Shown: positions 48,561 through 61,735 of the stretch, one piece after another | How the letters are laid out: every line of letters begins with the position of its first letter | How positions within the stretch are numbered: the stretch's first letter is position 1 | DNA from: Setoptus koraiensis | Lineage: Eukaryota; Animalia; Arthropoda | Reading direction: 5' to 3' | Assembly (NCBI GenBank): GCA_048013815.1 | Contig: CM106585.1 | Coordinates: 13,144,001 to 13,208,000, forward strand | DNA: 64,000 bases | Translations under genes and position numbers: made by a program | The notes under the pieces: model-generated | The model's input: the letters and a program-made list of their open reading frames with translations, nothing else | Database searches by the model: none | What the model was told of the DNA's origin: nothing

Positions 48561-51500
48561 ATCGGCTGCGTGGCGCGCGCATTAGCGCAAAACTTTGCGC
48601 ACACATACGAGAGCCGGGAGCAGTGAGGGGAAATAAGAAAAGCAATCGATGCTCGCAATTGATGGATGTTTCTTTGGACAGTGGCGCGTTTCATTCCATT
48701 TCATCTCATCTGGCGCCCTGATCCGATCCCGCTCTGTCCGACTCGATTCCGTGCGACTCGATTCCGTGCGACTCGATTCTGTCCGAACGCATCCGAACGC
48801 AGCCGAACAGATCTGATCCCATCTGATCTGATCCGATCCGATCCCATCAGATCTGATACCATTCGCAAACTCATCTCGCCCGGCCCCGTGTCTCGTCTGG
48901 CCAGATCTCATCTGGCGCCCGGCGCGGCGCGGCTCAGCTCGTCTCGTGCCTGGCTTGCCCTGCTCTCATCTCGTTTCATTTCATCTCGGGCGCTTATCTG
49001 GGGCCCCGCGTCGGGCGCCCATCTCGGTATTTGGGTCCCCGTGGCAGTATTTTCGGGCCAGCCGTCGGCTCGCAAATAGCGAGTCACAATGTTGGGCGCA
49101 CACAATGCAACTCCAACAGTGTCCCCGTTCGTCTATTAGAAAGCCATTGAATGCACTTCGATAGCCCTTGATCCCGGGCGCCCCCGCGCCCCCTTTCACA
49201 CACTCCGGCATGCACACACACTCCGGCATGCACATACTACCAACACAGACGGGCAAGAGGAGGCGCGATTCCATTTCATTTAATCTCGACCGGCGTCGCG
49301 TCGGCCCGACACATCTCATGTGGCGCTCGGCGCGCGTCTGGGCCGGCTGTCTTGCCGCCCCGCGGGTCGCAGCCTCATTCTTTTCTTGTCTGGGCGCCGC
49401 TAGCGACTGGCGGCCACTGCCAGCCACTGCTCCGAGAGACTCCAGTGCGGCGCCAGAGAGGCCCCGATGAGGATCCGCGTCTAGTGAAGTGAATAGCTAA
49501 ACACGAAAACATGGCAAACACCGCCAGCGCATACGCGTCTCATTCCGTTTCGCGGCGCGCTATCTATTGTCATAAAATACATTTTATTCTTGCATCAGCG
49601 GCCAGCGAGAAAGAATTCGCTTCGATGGCCAGCTCGATGGCAACAACTTAACTTGGGCGCCGCTGTTGGCCGTTGTTGCTGCTGCCTCGGCCCCGCTGGT
49701 CGCTCGCTCGTGGCGCCCGCCGCGGCGAGCCCGCGATCGGGGCCGCAAACGCAATATGGCCGCAATACGGCGATCGGCTTGGCTGGGCCGCGCAAACCCG
49801 CTGGCGCGTCGCTGTTCATGACCGTCAGCGTCATGACGGGACACCGCTGGCCCGACAGTGGAAATTTGTCATGAATACCATCTGTGGTGTGTATAGCCGT
49901 AATAATTTGCAGCCACTGATGGCGCCCGTGCGAGCCCGCCCACGAGTCCTACTGGTCGGCTGACGGCGCCCAGAATAACTTGTTATTTTGCCGTCAGGGG
50001 CGGCAACGGCGTCTGGCGGGAGGGGGGGGGGCGAAGCAGCAAAACGACAACAGCGACAGCATGCGTCGCCTAGCGCCCACAAAAAATAGATCAGACACGC
50101 GGCGCAGTTCGCAGCGGGCCCCATATCGCACACAAGATCGGCTTTGCGACAATTCGGCGGGTTCGAGCCGCGCCGAGCTTAGCAACGGAATCGCCACGGA
50201 ACGGCCGACAGCTCTAACAAATTAAAAGTTGTCGCTGTTGTTGTTGTCGCTGTTGTTGTCGCTGTTGTCGTTGTCGTTGTTGCGGCGCTGGTTGTTGTTG
50301 GCGCGGCGCTGGTGGCGCCCCCTCAACGGCCGCCCTAAGCCGGCCCGCGTTCCATTCGGCGAAATAAAGCGGCTAACTGTCTCATCAGGTGTATAGTTAA
50401 TTAGTTAGTTCCAAGCGCGAGCGCACACCATCGTTGCGGCCGCTCTCGGCCGCTCCTGTAAACAACGCCGGCCGGCCGGCCGGCCGGACCGAGGGCCCCT
50501 CGAAGCGGCCGGCTGGCCTGGCTCACGGACGCGCTCGCCCGCCCGCCCGCCCGCCTGTCTAGACAGCGAATTTAATTGATCAAAGCAGGACTTATGATGT
50601 TGCGTAATCTAACAAAAATCGCCAGGGGCAAGCGTACATTGGCATTACGCGCACTGGCTGGCTGCCAGTGGCGTGCGTCTCGAGTGGCCCGGCATGACCG
50701 ACGCCAGCCTTCCATTTTGGCCGCGCCGTCCATTCCGCTGTCAGGGGGCGCTCGCGTTGGGGCCCCAGTTGAGAGTTTCCAGTTGAGAGTGGCCGAGCGG
50801 AGTTCACGCGCCGCGCACAATCTAACACAATCTAGCCGAGCCAGTTGGCAGCGTTTCGCCGGGCGCCGGCCGCTGGCTCAATTGCGTTTCGGCCGCCGGC
50901 CCCATTCACAGAGCCGCCGTTTGTCGTTCGAACAAGCGCCGGCCGAGCCAAGCGCTACACTGGCCAAGCGCTGGCGCGTTCGAGGCCTGCGAGGCCCCTG
51001 CGAGGCCCCTGCGAAATTCGGGGGCCCCATGGCCGGTGGGCAACCGGGCGCTGTGCGTTGTCGCGGCAACACAACCGAGGCTCATCAAATCGGCGCCCCA
51101 AAAGGGGCCACTCTATATATACGCATATGTGTGCATGCGTGTGCGAGCAAGCCGCAGCATCTATAATTCAAATTTGACCCGACGCAGCAGCGGACAGTTT
51201 GTTCTGGTTTTGGCGGTGCCCTCTGGGCCCGGCCGGCGTGCTCAATCATGGTTGGTGTCCCGTTAGTCCGGCCCGGCGTAATGTTGAGCGGCGGCGGCCG
51301 GCGGGTAAGCGAGCGGCCGCTTTACATGACGCGCCGTGCTCACCGTCGAGCGCAAACCGGTCAACTTGATGATGGGCACACAATGGGCTAAACGGGCATC
51401 ATTTTTGCATTATGCAGCCAGTGGACCAATGTAAAGTAATGACCAATGTAAAAGTGGTCACAAGCACAATTACAACTCGCAGCAGCGGCCCAACAACAAT

Positions 51501-53232
51501 GAATGGCCACTGAATGTCAACAATGTATGGCTTTGCATTAATTTGAATTGTAAACATTGGTTCGCCATCTCGGCGGCCCAGCTCGAGCCGGTTGGTCCCA
51601 ATTGGGGCCCGAGCGAGTTGTGCATCCGAATTGGGCAGCCGAATTCGCTCGAACTGGCCCGAATTCGCTCCAACTTGGTAGCCGGATTCGGCCAGCTGGG
51701 CCCAATCATGAGCGCTCTTGTTTGGCGCTGCCTCTGTCAGCTCTAAACAAGAGAAACGGAAGGGGCACAATTGATTAGTCCGATGAGCGGCTCGCCAAAG
51801 CTCTCCGCTGGGCCCAATAGCGGGCCCGACAGAATGGAGCGGCACAGCCGGCGAGTAACGAGAAAAAAGCGCCAGCGAAATCAAATAAATAAAATTAAGA
51901 TGACCGCCGCTACCGAAAATTGACGCTTCATTGTTGATGCCGCGCCGCCCGTGCCAACGCAAACAGAGGCCCACTTATTGGCCTGGGTGCCCTTGTGAGC
52001 CTTTCGACCGCACAAGAGGCCAGGCCGCGCGGGGCCAGCCCGGCAGTGGCCAGCGCAAAACGTGCCCGACGGTCGCCAGTTGGGGCCCGTTTGTGGCAAC
52101 GCGCATAAACGTGAGCCCGGCGACCGAAAGCATCGCCAGCCAATTGGATCTGGCCAGTTAGCCGGCCAGCTAGCCGGCCAGCTAGTCGCCCAGTTAGCCG
52201 CCCAGTTAGCCGGCCAGCTAGCCAGCTCGGACACGTGCATACAAAGAGCTAGATTTATTTTGACCATTATTTGGGGCCCGTGCATGTCCTTGCGCTGCGG
52301 CCAGCGCCAAATGGGGAGCCGCATGAGAGCGGGGCCCGCGTCGCTTCGGCAACGCGGAGGGCCGGCCGCTGGGCGTTTCGGTGGTTCCATGGTTGGCAGA
52401 GCGTAAAATTATTAACGAGTTGCCCCTTTTCTTCTCCTATCTCTATCTCTCTCAATAACTGTCCTTGAATTTTTATACATATAAATATTTATCTACAAAC
52501 ACACACTCGCGCGCTGGATTACGGCTTGGGGCCCCGCAAAATTGGCAGCCCAGTTTCGCCGTTCACTGTGTAATTCACTGCTGCTGTACACATTGGCCAG
52601 CACGCCGGCAGATGTAGCGAAACGGAAGTGCGCCGCACAATAAATATATATCGCCTCATTGTGCAGTGTCTGGCCAATGGCAGCGACAAATGTCTTTTTG
52701 TCGCGCCGGGCCGGGCCGGGGCCGGCATTTGCCACGAGCGCCACGGGCGACATTCATTGCGTTATTTCCGTTTTGTTTTAGCCACTTTGGCAGCAATCGT
52801 TGTCTACAAACCGGGGCTTGTGACGGCACCAACGTTGCCGGCGCCAAACCCCGCGTTGTCTAGCTAGTAGCTAAAGCGGTTGTCACTGTTTATATCGGGC
52901 GCCCGCGCGATAAAAACAGTCAGCCCCCGCCCCAGCCAAGGCGAGACGCTTGCTTTTTCCGGCCCCTGGCGGCGCCGTTCTGCGCCAACCAAGTCACTAT
53001 ACATTGTATAGTATACAAGATACGACAACAAACGTACAAGCTTCGAAAACGTACAAGGCGCGAAAATATACAAAGTATAAAAACATGTAAAGTATATAAA
53101 ATCGGACACGCCGGTGACACTAACTCTCGTTTGCAAATTTCAACTTTTGTCAGTGAAAAGTGTCGATACAATCTTACGCAACAGCCAAACGTGGCAAGCT
53201 GGCCTTATCTCGCCAGCGATATCGATAATGGC

Positions 53233-53430
53233 GATCCTGTGAAATTATTATCTAACAGCAAAAAGGTGTTTCAGTCACTGGCGGCGCTCGCAACGCTTTT
53301 GGCGACAGGGATGGAGCAGTCAGAAGGAAATAAACAACGAGCGTCTGACAGCGCCTCTATCGGTGCTGTCGACACTCAAAGATGGCGAGATTTCGCTCGA
53401 ACAAACGACTGTCTAGGCGTCGCCATTGGA
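53233..53430 (+). pseudogene. hAT dimerisation-domain remnant
   Basis: DPVKLLSNSKKVFQSLAALA..QRASDSA..TQRWR resembles DPLxWWxxNxxxFPxLAxLA..ERxFSSA..TxRRxRL. It lies in an AT-richer island. Confidence 0.45.
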
Positions 53431-54275
53431 ACGCGAAAACAAATCAGCTGACAATCATTGTCTAGACAGCGAGCGGACGCTTCATTTGTTTCGTGATGCG
53501 ACGGCGAGCAAAAACGATCTGGCTAGATGGTCGGTATCTGGCTAGACGGCGGCCAACTGGCAACAGAGGGCGACCGTTTTCAAGTGGCCTTCGGCCATAT
53601 GTCGACATGCGACCAGTGAGCCGGTCGGGCCGGCTTGGCCGCATGCCGACGCTCGCAGCCAATATCTCGATGTCTAATGATATATATGTAATATCTCAAT
53701 GCATAATGATATATATATATCATTACGCAATATCATATATATATCTGGCGATATCTCGATGCGTAATGACATAATATATCAATTGCAAAATGCGCGCCGT
53801 GAGCGAAAAAGCGAGCGCTGTAATTGGAGCGGAAAGTGAGATCGAGATGATCAAGTCCGGATCACGGGCAACAATGGGCGAGCGGTCAAGTGCGCTAGAG
53901 TGGCTATTTTTGTGACCGAGTGGCGCCGATGAAAATATCGACGCGACTGACTCGCGAGCGGACCGGCCCCGCTCGAGTGCTACGGCATCACAATAACGCC
54001 CGTCATTACCACGATACCGAGCCGCAGTGTCGCAATAAGGGGCCGGCGACAGGCCCACGAGGGCCCGCTTTCCAAGCGATAATCTGAACATGCTCGGTAC
54101 CGCTCGGTACCGCTCGGTATCGCTCGGCATCGCGCACACAAATTACATACATGACAACAGTGCAGTATATATCTGTATGTGCAGTATCTGCTGACATGTA
54201 TGCGATTCGTACGGACATAATATACCGCGTGTACGGCCATAATACGGGACGGGCACATCGAGGCGTTTCACAGAG

Positions 54276-54465
54276 GCACACCGCGTTTCGCTGGGGCACA
54301 CCGCGTTTCGCTGGGGCACATAGCGTTTCGCTGGGGCACACCGCGTTTCGCTGGGGCACACCGCGTTTCGCTGGGGCACACCGCGTTTCGCTGGGGCACA
54401 CCGCGTTTCGCTGGGGCACATAGCGTTTCGCTGGGGCACATAGCGTTTCGCTGGGGCGCATAGCG
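54276..54465. repeat. 20-bp minisatellite gcaca(ccg/tag)cgtttcgctggg, 9.5 copies
   Basis: Head-to-tail copies with no spacers and two variants. Confidence 0.97.
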
Positions 54466-57400
54466 ACTTTCGCGCACTGTGTGCCGCAGTGGCGCGCGCT
54501 GCGAGCTCAATCAGCGACTGGCCGGCTGGCACAAACACGACGCCATAGTTGCGCAATGGTGCACATTAGCAAAATGGGACCATATATTAATAGTGGCCGT
54601 CATTATTACGGCAAGTGTGTGCGTGTGTGTGTGCGTGTACGTGTGCGCGACACGAGCTGCTGGCGCCGATAGCGGCCGCGGTGCAATAATCGCGCCGCTG
54701 TACCTGTCCTGTCTACGATTGTTTTCTGTTGCGCAATAAACATGCGATGCCTCGGAGGCGCCCCCGGCCGCCGAGCGATATTTTCATTTTATATTTTATG
54801 CTCGCGAGCGCGACAACAGGGCGCAGACAGGGACGTTTCGCAGCGATAAAGGGGCCGAGCCGGGCCCAGCGAGGGTCTCGAGGGGCTGACAACGTTTGTG
54901 AGAGGAGGCTCAAAAGCGTTTAGGGGCGCACGACAAAGCGAGCGCTCGGACGGCGTCTAGCTCTGTTGTGGCAGCCATGGCCGATGGCGACTTTTGTGCG
55001 CCATTGTGCCGGCGAGTCGCGTTGCGCTGGCGAGTCGCGCCGGCCAAATTTCGCAGCGAGCGGGGCCCCGAACGAGCGAACGCGCCCCGAACGAGCGAAC
55101 GCGCCGGACGCGAAGTAGCCAAGAGGCTCGCCCGGCCGGCTGGCAAAAATGATTCCATTAATGATGAGCAATGACCGGCCCATTGTGCTGGGCGCCCGTG
55201 GCTGTGTCAGGAGTTGGCCGCGCCAGCAGTTGGCCGATGGTGGCGCCTCGGCGTGCAGGCCGCACTTGTTCGCCAATGACAACCGCCTATCGGTGTGCTG
55301 GCGGGCGCCGTTATCTGCCGCTTCGCGCATCCGCTGGCGCGCCCGTCGCCTGGTGGCGTGCCCGCACAGCGCGCCCAGCAAGCGACTGGCGCTGGTTGAA
55401 CGCGGGCTCGCTTGAAATTTCAAACTGCGCCGCCCGGGCGACCGGCCCAGTGGCGCCATTAGCGGCAGCCGCGCGAGCGCGCCAAGCGTCGCTATTAAGC
55501 GCGCTGTTGCGATCCGGCGAGAGAGAGCCCCGTTTATTAAACGTGGCTGGATATTGGCTTATCTGTGTGACGAGCGCTGTTTGCGCCCCTATCGGCTGGC
55601 AGCTTATTCAAAGTTGCGCCAAAGCGCCCGACTTATGCAAACTGAGTGACAACGCCAACGATACAACACACTGAACTGGAATGAGCCATATAATGATACT
55701 CTCCGGCTCAATAATGCCAACCAGCCAGCCAGCGAGGGGATTTGCAAATGATATTGGCTCCTTGGTGCGCGCATTACGTGCAAGTTGCCTCATTGTGACA
55801 GCCAGCCAGCCAGCCAGCGAGCAATAAGCGCACTCAAAAATCGACTGGCACGCACCGCCGCCAGTGTGCCAATGACAACAACAATGGCGACTCGCGAACG
55901 GCCCTATGCGCCACTGCCACTACGCGCCTATGCGACTTGGCCACTACGCGACCAGTGCGACCGGGCGACTGGGCGCATAGGCCCGTTCGCGCTCGATACA
56001 CTCGCCGGCGCGCGCGCCTGACACACGAGTGTATCTATTCGTGTTTGCGCCGCTGAATTAGTAGTGGCAACGTAGTGGCTGCCGCCTAGTGGCGCCGCCA
56101 CCAGTGATAGCGAGCCAATGAGCTCGCTATATGCATGTCACTTCTCGCGGCTCGGCGCGCCTCACTGGCTCGCACTGGGGCCCACTTGGCCCGCTCCGGA
56201 CGCCGCCGACGATTGCCAGCCGACGATTGCCAGCGCGCCGGCGAGTGTATCAACGGAGCTCGTTGGGCGGCCCGATGTCGCGAGCAGCGAGCGGCGAGCG
56301 CGCGCCGTCCGTCGTTGCAAAATTACACGCCAAATTCAGCGCACGAATCGGCGTAGCGGCGCGCCAGTCGCGCCCGACATCATTATACCGCTGGCGACGC
56401 CACTATTAGCACGCCGCCGCCGCTAGTCGCCAGTTGTTATGTAACTACTGGCAACTCGCGGCCCCGCTGCTTGTTATTACTACCATTGTTGTTATTATTA
56501 TGTGAACAAAAAACGTCGTGTTTGGCTCGTGCTCGCGCGCGCTCGTGCTCGTGCTCGCGCTCGCGTGTGTCTCTAGTTGTTGTGCGCAGACAAATAAACT
56601 TTTGTACGTGCGTCCACTTTCCTTGTTGCTCTCTTAATTGCGCGTGTAAGCGCCGGGCCCCAGCCCACAGATAGCGCGCCCTCGCCTACCGCTACCTCGT
56701 CCCGTCCCCCCCCCCGTTAGCGTGTTGTCAGCTATCCGCGCGCAAGCTATACCAGCCATTTGAGCTGTACGCACCAAAAGTAGTTGGGTGCACGAGCGAG
56801 CTGTGCCCCACTGTGCTCAACCACTTTTGGCACACGCTCCGCACAGGGACGTGGGGGCTCGTAGGCGCCAGCGGCAGCGGAATACCCAACTTCGTTGTGC
56901 CAATGCGAACCGGGGGCCCCACACGGGCGCAACGTGCACACTGGCACAGCGCGCACACAACGCTGCGCCAGTGTGCAAATCATTATTGATACTTTTGATT
57001 GATCTAAATTAAAACAAATCGCCCGCGCCCCAATTCAAGTGCGCCCGCCACCATCTGCCGCTGTTGTTGTTGTCGCTGTTGCTGTCGCTGCTGCTGCTGC
57101 TGTCGCTGTTGTTGTTGCTGGCGCTGCTGTTGGCGCTGTTGTCGCCGCCGCCAACCCTCAACGACGCCGACAACAGCAGCGCACAAGTGTGTGTGCGTGG
57201 GCGTAAGTATCGGCGCCACAATGCTGCCGACAGAGCGAGCGATAGATTGGCCAATAACGTGCCGCAACGGCACGCAGCCATATCGTGTGCGGCTCATTAT
57301 TGGATGGCACAGCGTGATGACGACTTTAAACATAAAGTTGCAGCAAAAGTCCAGTTGGCGGGGCTCAATTTCGTGTCGCGTCCAACGCGCCAAATTGAGG

Positions 57401-57650
57401 CCCGCCGCATGGCCACAGATATACAAATGTCGCCCTCAAGTGGGGCCAAATTTGGCCTTTACAGCTAGCGGCGGCGCGGCCAGACGGCGCCAGTGCGATG
57501 CCCCGATTTGCGCCAGGCGCTATTCAGACCGTCGCTAGGTGCCCCCAGCAGCACAATGTCCGCCATTGCGTCACACAACGACTTTAAAGAGCTCACACCT
57601 CCGGCGGGCTCGCGCTAGGGGCTTCAGTTGTTGTTTATCAGGCAGTGGTT

Positions 57651-57949
57651 GTTTGTCGGGCTGTCGCTGTTTGTCGGGCTGTCGCTGTTTGTCGGGCTGT
57701 CGCTGTTTGTCGGAGGCTCCGAGGCGCCCCACAAACAACGACTGACGGTGCCATTTTTCGTGCGACGGGCGTCAACACGCGCTTATGGCTTCCTATTCAA
57801 CGGGCCCCGTCAATTTGTGCCCGCTCCTTCATGTGCGCCCCTGTGCCCGTGCGTCGGGCCTCCATCTGCTCACAGGTCGGTCCTCCATCGGCTCACGGGT
57901 CGGGCCTCCATCGGCTCACGGGTCGGGCCTCCATCGGCTCACGGGTCGG
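57651..57949. repeat. 18-bp (gtttgtcgggctgtcgct, about 3.5 copies) and 23-bp (cgggcctccatcggctcacgggt, 4 copies) minisatellites
   Basis: 57651-57712 and 57855-57949. Confidence 0.9.
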
Positions 57950-59385
57950 CCCCGCGTGAATCGAGCCGCGCGTCCGATCGACACCTTCACTTGCGCGCCG
58001 CCGTCTCGCCAGTCGACCTCTCGCCAGCGGGCGCTGCCGGTGAGCCTACCGGCATTGGCTCGCGTGCGGTCGGTCGTAGGCTCACATGCGGTCGGTCGGT
58101 TGCGCGCGGGCAGTCCGGCCGGCGAGCCGGCGCCAATCAAACGTTGTCGGGCCATGCGACTCCCGAGCAACAGCATAATGATTATGTTGAACACGATCAT
58201 CATTATCACGGTGCGCGTCACTGTCGTGCCCTGATGGATATTCTCGACCGACTCTCGGTCTCGCCGCGGCCCGTCCAACTCTCCGCCCGTCCGTTCATCT
58301 GACCGCCAGTCCGTTTCTCGAACTGTTTCTCTGGCCGCTTGTGGGCCGCTTGCGAGCCCGCTTTTGCGGTGTGACTGGCGCGCCGGCCGAACAACTAGGC
58401 GACTCGTTGCCGCGGCACAGCGGGCCCCGAAGTCCCGCTAATAGCCCGTTCTCCGTGCGCGCAGAGCGCCACCGCAGCCAACAACGCCGACAACAACAAC
58501 GCCACCAGCAACGTGAGCGCACGAATGCGCCCGCCGAGCCAGCCAGCCAGACGAAAATGCTCGCTGGCTGACACTTTAACTGGATGGGGCACGTACCGCA
58601 AGCAACGCAATCAATCTTGTCCCGATCTTCGCTCCCCCGGCTCGGGCCCGTCCCGTGGCCGTGGTGGCGCGGCCCGAGCGCGCAACATGGGCTCGGCGCA
58701 CATTTGATTGGGCCGAGCGAACACTTCAACCGTTGAACTTCAACGCCAATTGCGGGCGAGCCCGTGCGGTGCCATTTGATGCGGCCCGTCGTAGTCGACG
58801 GATCGCGCCCGATGCGAGCAACCCATCCAGCCAGCCAGCCAGCCAGCCACTCAGCGAGCGCTACTAAGCCAGCGATCGATGGACGGACTAACCGCCAATG
58901 AAACTACTAATGTTCGCATAGGCTCGGTTTGTGCCCCATAATATATATATATATACATATTAATAGTAGTTGCGTATAGGCAGCGGGCGCGGGCCGGCGG
59001 CGCGCCGCCAGACCGAGCCCGTGCGCCTCCGCCGAGCGGACATGCATTTTCTCTTGTGTCGCCTCATTGCATCCGATTTAATAGAAAGGTCTAATGCAAT
59101 TGTCGGCCATTAGCGCACGCAAGCCGCGCGCAGATCAATGAAGCCGGCGAGAAATAATGAATGACAAGCCCGCTCGCCGGGCAGCTGGCGCCCGTGCGGC
59201 TTGCTCCGGCCCGCCGGCCCGCCAGCCAGCCGACCGACAAGCGTGCGCGTTTTAGCAAATTTTAGCAACAAATCCAGTCAACTAAAGCTGCCAAGACAGT
59301 CGCACAAAGACAGCGCCAGCAGCGAAATGTTAACAGCAGAATCTCTGTTCTGCACAAAAGCAAAAAAGCGCCATTTCGCCGGAGC

Positions 59386-59425
59386 GCGAATTTGGGGGGC
59401 CAGGGCGAGGGCCCCCCAAATTCGC
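59386..59425. repeat. Perfect 16-bp inverted repeat with an 8-nt loop
   Basis: gcgaatttggggggcc-agggcgag-ggccccccaaattcgc. Confidence 0.95.
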
Positions 59426-60330
59426 TGCGATTTGCCGCTACTTTGGTTGCTTGTTATGCGCTTATGGCGCAATCGGTTCGACGGTTAGACCCCGGCCCGC
59501 TGCCGGGGACGCTAATTGATTTTAGCTGGTTAGCTGGCCGGCGCGCGGGCGCTGCCCGATTTTGCAAAATTCACTGGGTGAACGCGCCAGCGGGTGCGGC
59601 TGCATTCGGCTTATAGGGCGCGATTATATAACCAGGCGCCGCGCCGACTTGTTTGTTGGCTGTCGTCGGGCCGGTGGCAAAAGTCGCAAATGTCGCTAGG
59701 CGCCGCCGGTGCACCAACAGCCAAGCGGGCGAGCGGGCGGCGCCTAGCGACTTTGGCGACCGGCCCGCCATTGGCGGGCCACCAGTCAGTAATCTAATCC
59801 ATGTCACAGATGTCACACATTGCTCTATTTTGCTGTTAACTTTTGTTGTTGAGCGCTCGCGAACCGGCGCCTAGCTGCGTTCGCGCTGCCGCCTGAGCGT
59901 TGCGTCACAACATTCAAAGGGTGCATTAGTCGTCTGTGTCTCCGTTGGTGTCGTTGTTGGCGTCGGTGTCGTCGGTGTCGGCGTTGTCGGCGTTGTCGGC
60001 GTTGTTGTTGTCGTTGTTGTCGCTTTTGCTGTCGCCGTTGTTGCCGTTGAGTGGCGCTCTGCAATGTCACACCGGCGATAGGCGCGCCGTCTTCTCATTA
60101 TTTCTCCACATAATAAATAGATGTTTGCCATGTTTAAACTCGGCATTGTGGGCGCCCATCCAGATACTGACCGTGATTAGCCGTTATCGCGGCGGCGGCG
60201 CTAGCGTCGCGTCAGCGAAATTACGTTGAATTGGAGCGACGTCGGGCGCCGCCGCCGCCGACGGGCTTGCGATGATGCGTGCGTCATCGCAGCCAGCCCG
60301 TCCGCTGTGCCGCGCCATCGGCGCGGAGTT

Positions 60331-60482
60331 GCGACTAGCGACCGCGACTAGCGACCGCGACTAGCGACCGCGACTAGCGACTGCAACGAGCGACCGCGAC
60401 TAGCGACTGCAACGAGCGACCGCGACTAGCGACTGCAACGAGCGACTAGCGACGGCCGACTAGCGACGACCGACTAGCGACG
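60331..60482. repeat. gcgactagcgacc 13-bp array with a 29-bp higher-order variant
   Basis: Directly visible. Confidence 0.9.
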
Positions 60483-61106
60483 GCCGAGAGGTGTCGCCCG
60501 GTCTCGCAGCGTTGTCAACAACAGCTCAGCAGCGACTCAAAAGAGGTCTCGCCAGTAATGGCATTACCTCTCGCTTATCTGCCCCGCTATCTCGCCGCCG
60601 AGCCGTCTGCCGTCGCTGTTGGCGCTGTTGTTGTTGTCGTTGCTGCTGTTGTTGTTGTCGCTGTCGCCGTCGAGCAGTGATTGCTCGGCGTCGCGGCTCG
60701 CAGTGTTCAGTGCACACTTTAATATACTTTCTCCGGCATACTTGTCGCGCTTTATACACTTGTTATGCGCTGTTGTTGTTGCTTGTTCATTTCGTGCTGT
60801 TGTTGTTGCTTGTTCATTCTGAGCTGTTGTTGTTGTTGTTGTTGCTCGCTCATTTTGGCTTGTTTTGCGCTGTTGCGCCGCTGCGTCGCTAATCAAGTTT
60901 GTATCGTTGCTCTCGGCGAGCTCTCATCGAGCCAGATAAAAACTTGACTGCCGCCGCCGCCGCCGCCATCACTTGGCAAGCTGCAAAGTGGGGTACGCGC
61001 GTCGCTGGTTTTGCGGCACAGCGACAACATGGGACAAGAGCAATTAATTTCTACCGTTTCCATTTTATTTTCAGCCATGACGACACGCCGACTCACCGCA
61101 CTTGCC

Positions 61107-61147
<41 letters not shown>

Positions 61148-61656
61148 TGTTGTTGCTGTTGTTGCTGTTGTTGCTGTTGTTGCCGTTGCTGTTGCTGTTG
61201 CGCTCGTCGCTAGTCGCTCGTCGCGGCTCTCAACAGCTGATCACGCAACAACAAACAACAACAAACAACAACAACGACAACAACAATAACAGTTGCATGC
61301 ATTTTAATCACTTGTAGCGACTGCACTGACGCTGTCGCCCTAGCGCCACAGCCAAGGGCCAAACGCGGCCCAGCCGAAGGGCGCTGCTGGCAGCAGCCTG
61401 GCCAAGTCGCGACTCGCCAAAGTCGCTAGGTGCCCGGCGCAGTGTCTATAAGACGGCGCTGGCAACTTCAGTTGGCTCCAACTGCGACTCCAGCTCAAAC
61501 CGAAGCCAACCGCCAGCTAAAAGCCCATAACAAGACGCACAAAGCGAGCATCACGACAGCAGCATCTATGCAAATGATGCATGTTATATAATACCGTGTA
61601 ATAATATTATACGCAGAACACGACAATATTTGGCCTGCTCTCAGCGGTGCGCGCCT

Positions 61657-61735
61657 CGACAGTCTCGGCAGTGCGCGTCCCGACAGTCTCGGCAGTGCGC
61701 GTCCCGACAGTCTCGGCAGTGCGCGTCCCGACAGT
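61657..61735. repeat. 24-bp tandem repeat cgacagtctcggcagtgcgcgtcc, about 3.3 copies
   Basis: Directly visible. Confidence 0.93.

Noticed and set aside
50094-50180. tRNA or tRNA-derived SINE (A-box-like GGCGCAGTTCG and B-box-like GGTTCGAGCC)
   Set aside because: No acceptor stem, T-arm pairing fails and no cloverleaf forms.
54276-54465. Regular 20-bp repeat array as a CRISPR
   Set aside because: No unique spacers, no cas genes, eukaryotic context; it is a minisatellite.
59280-59380. Another hATC-like trace (also near 14580-14620)
   Set aside because: Needs several frameshifts and has too few identities.
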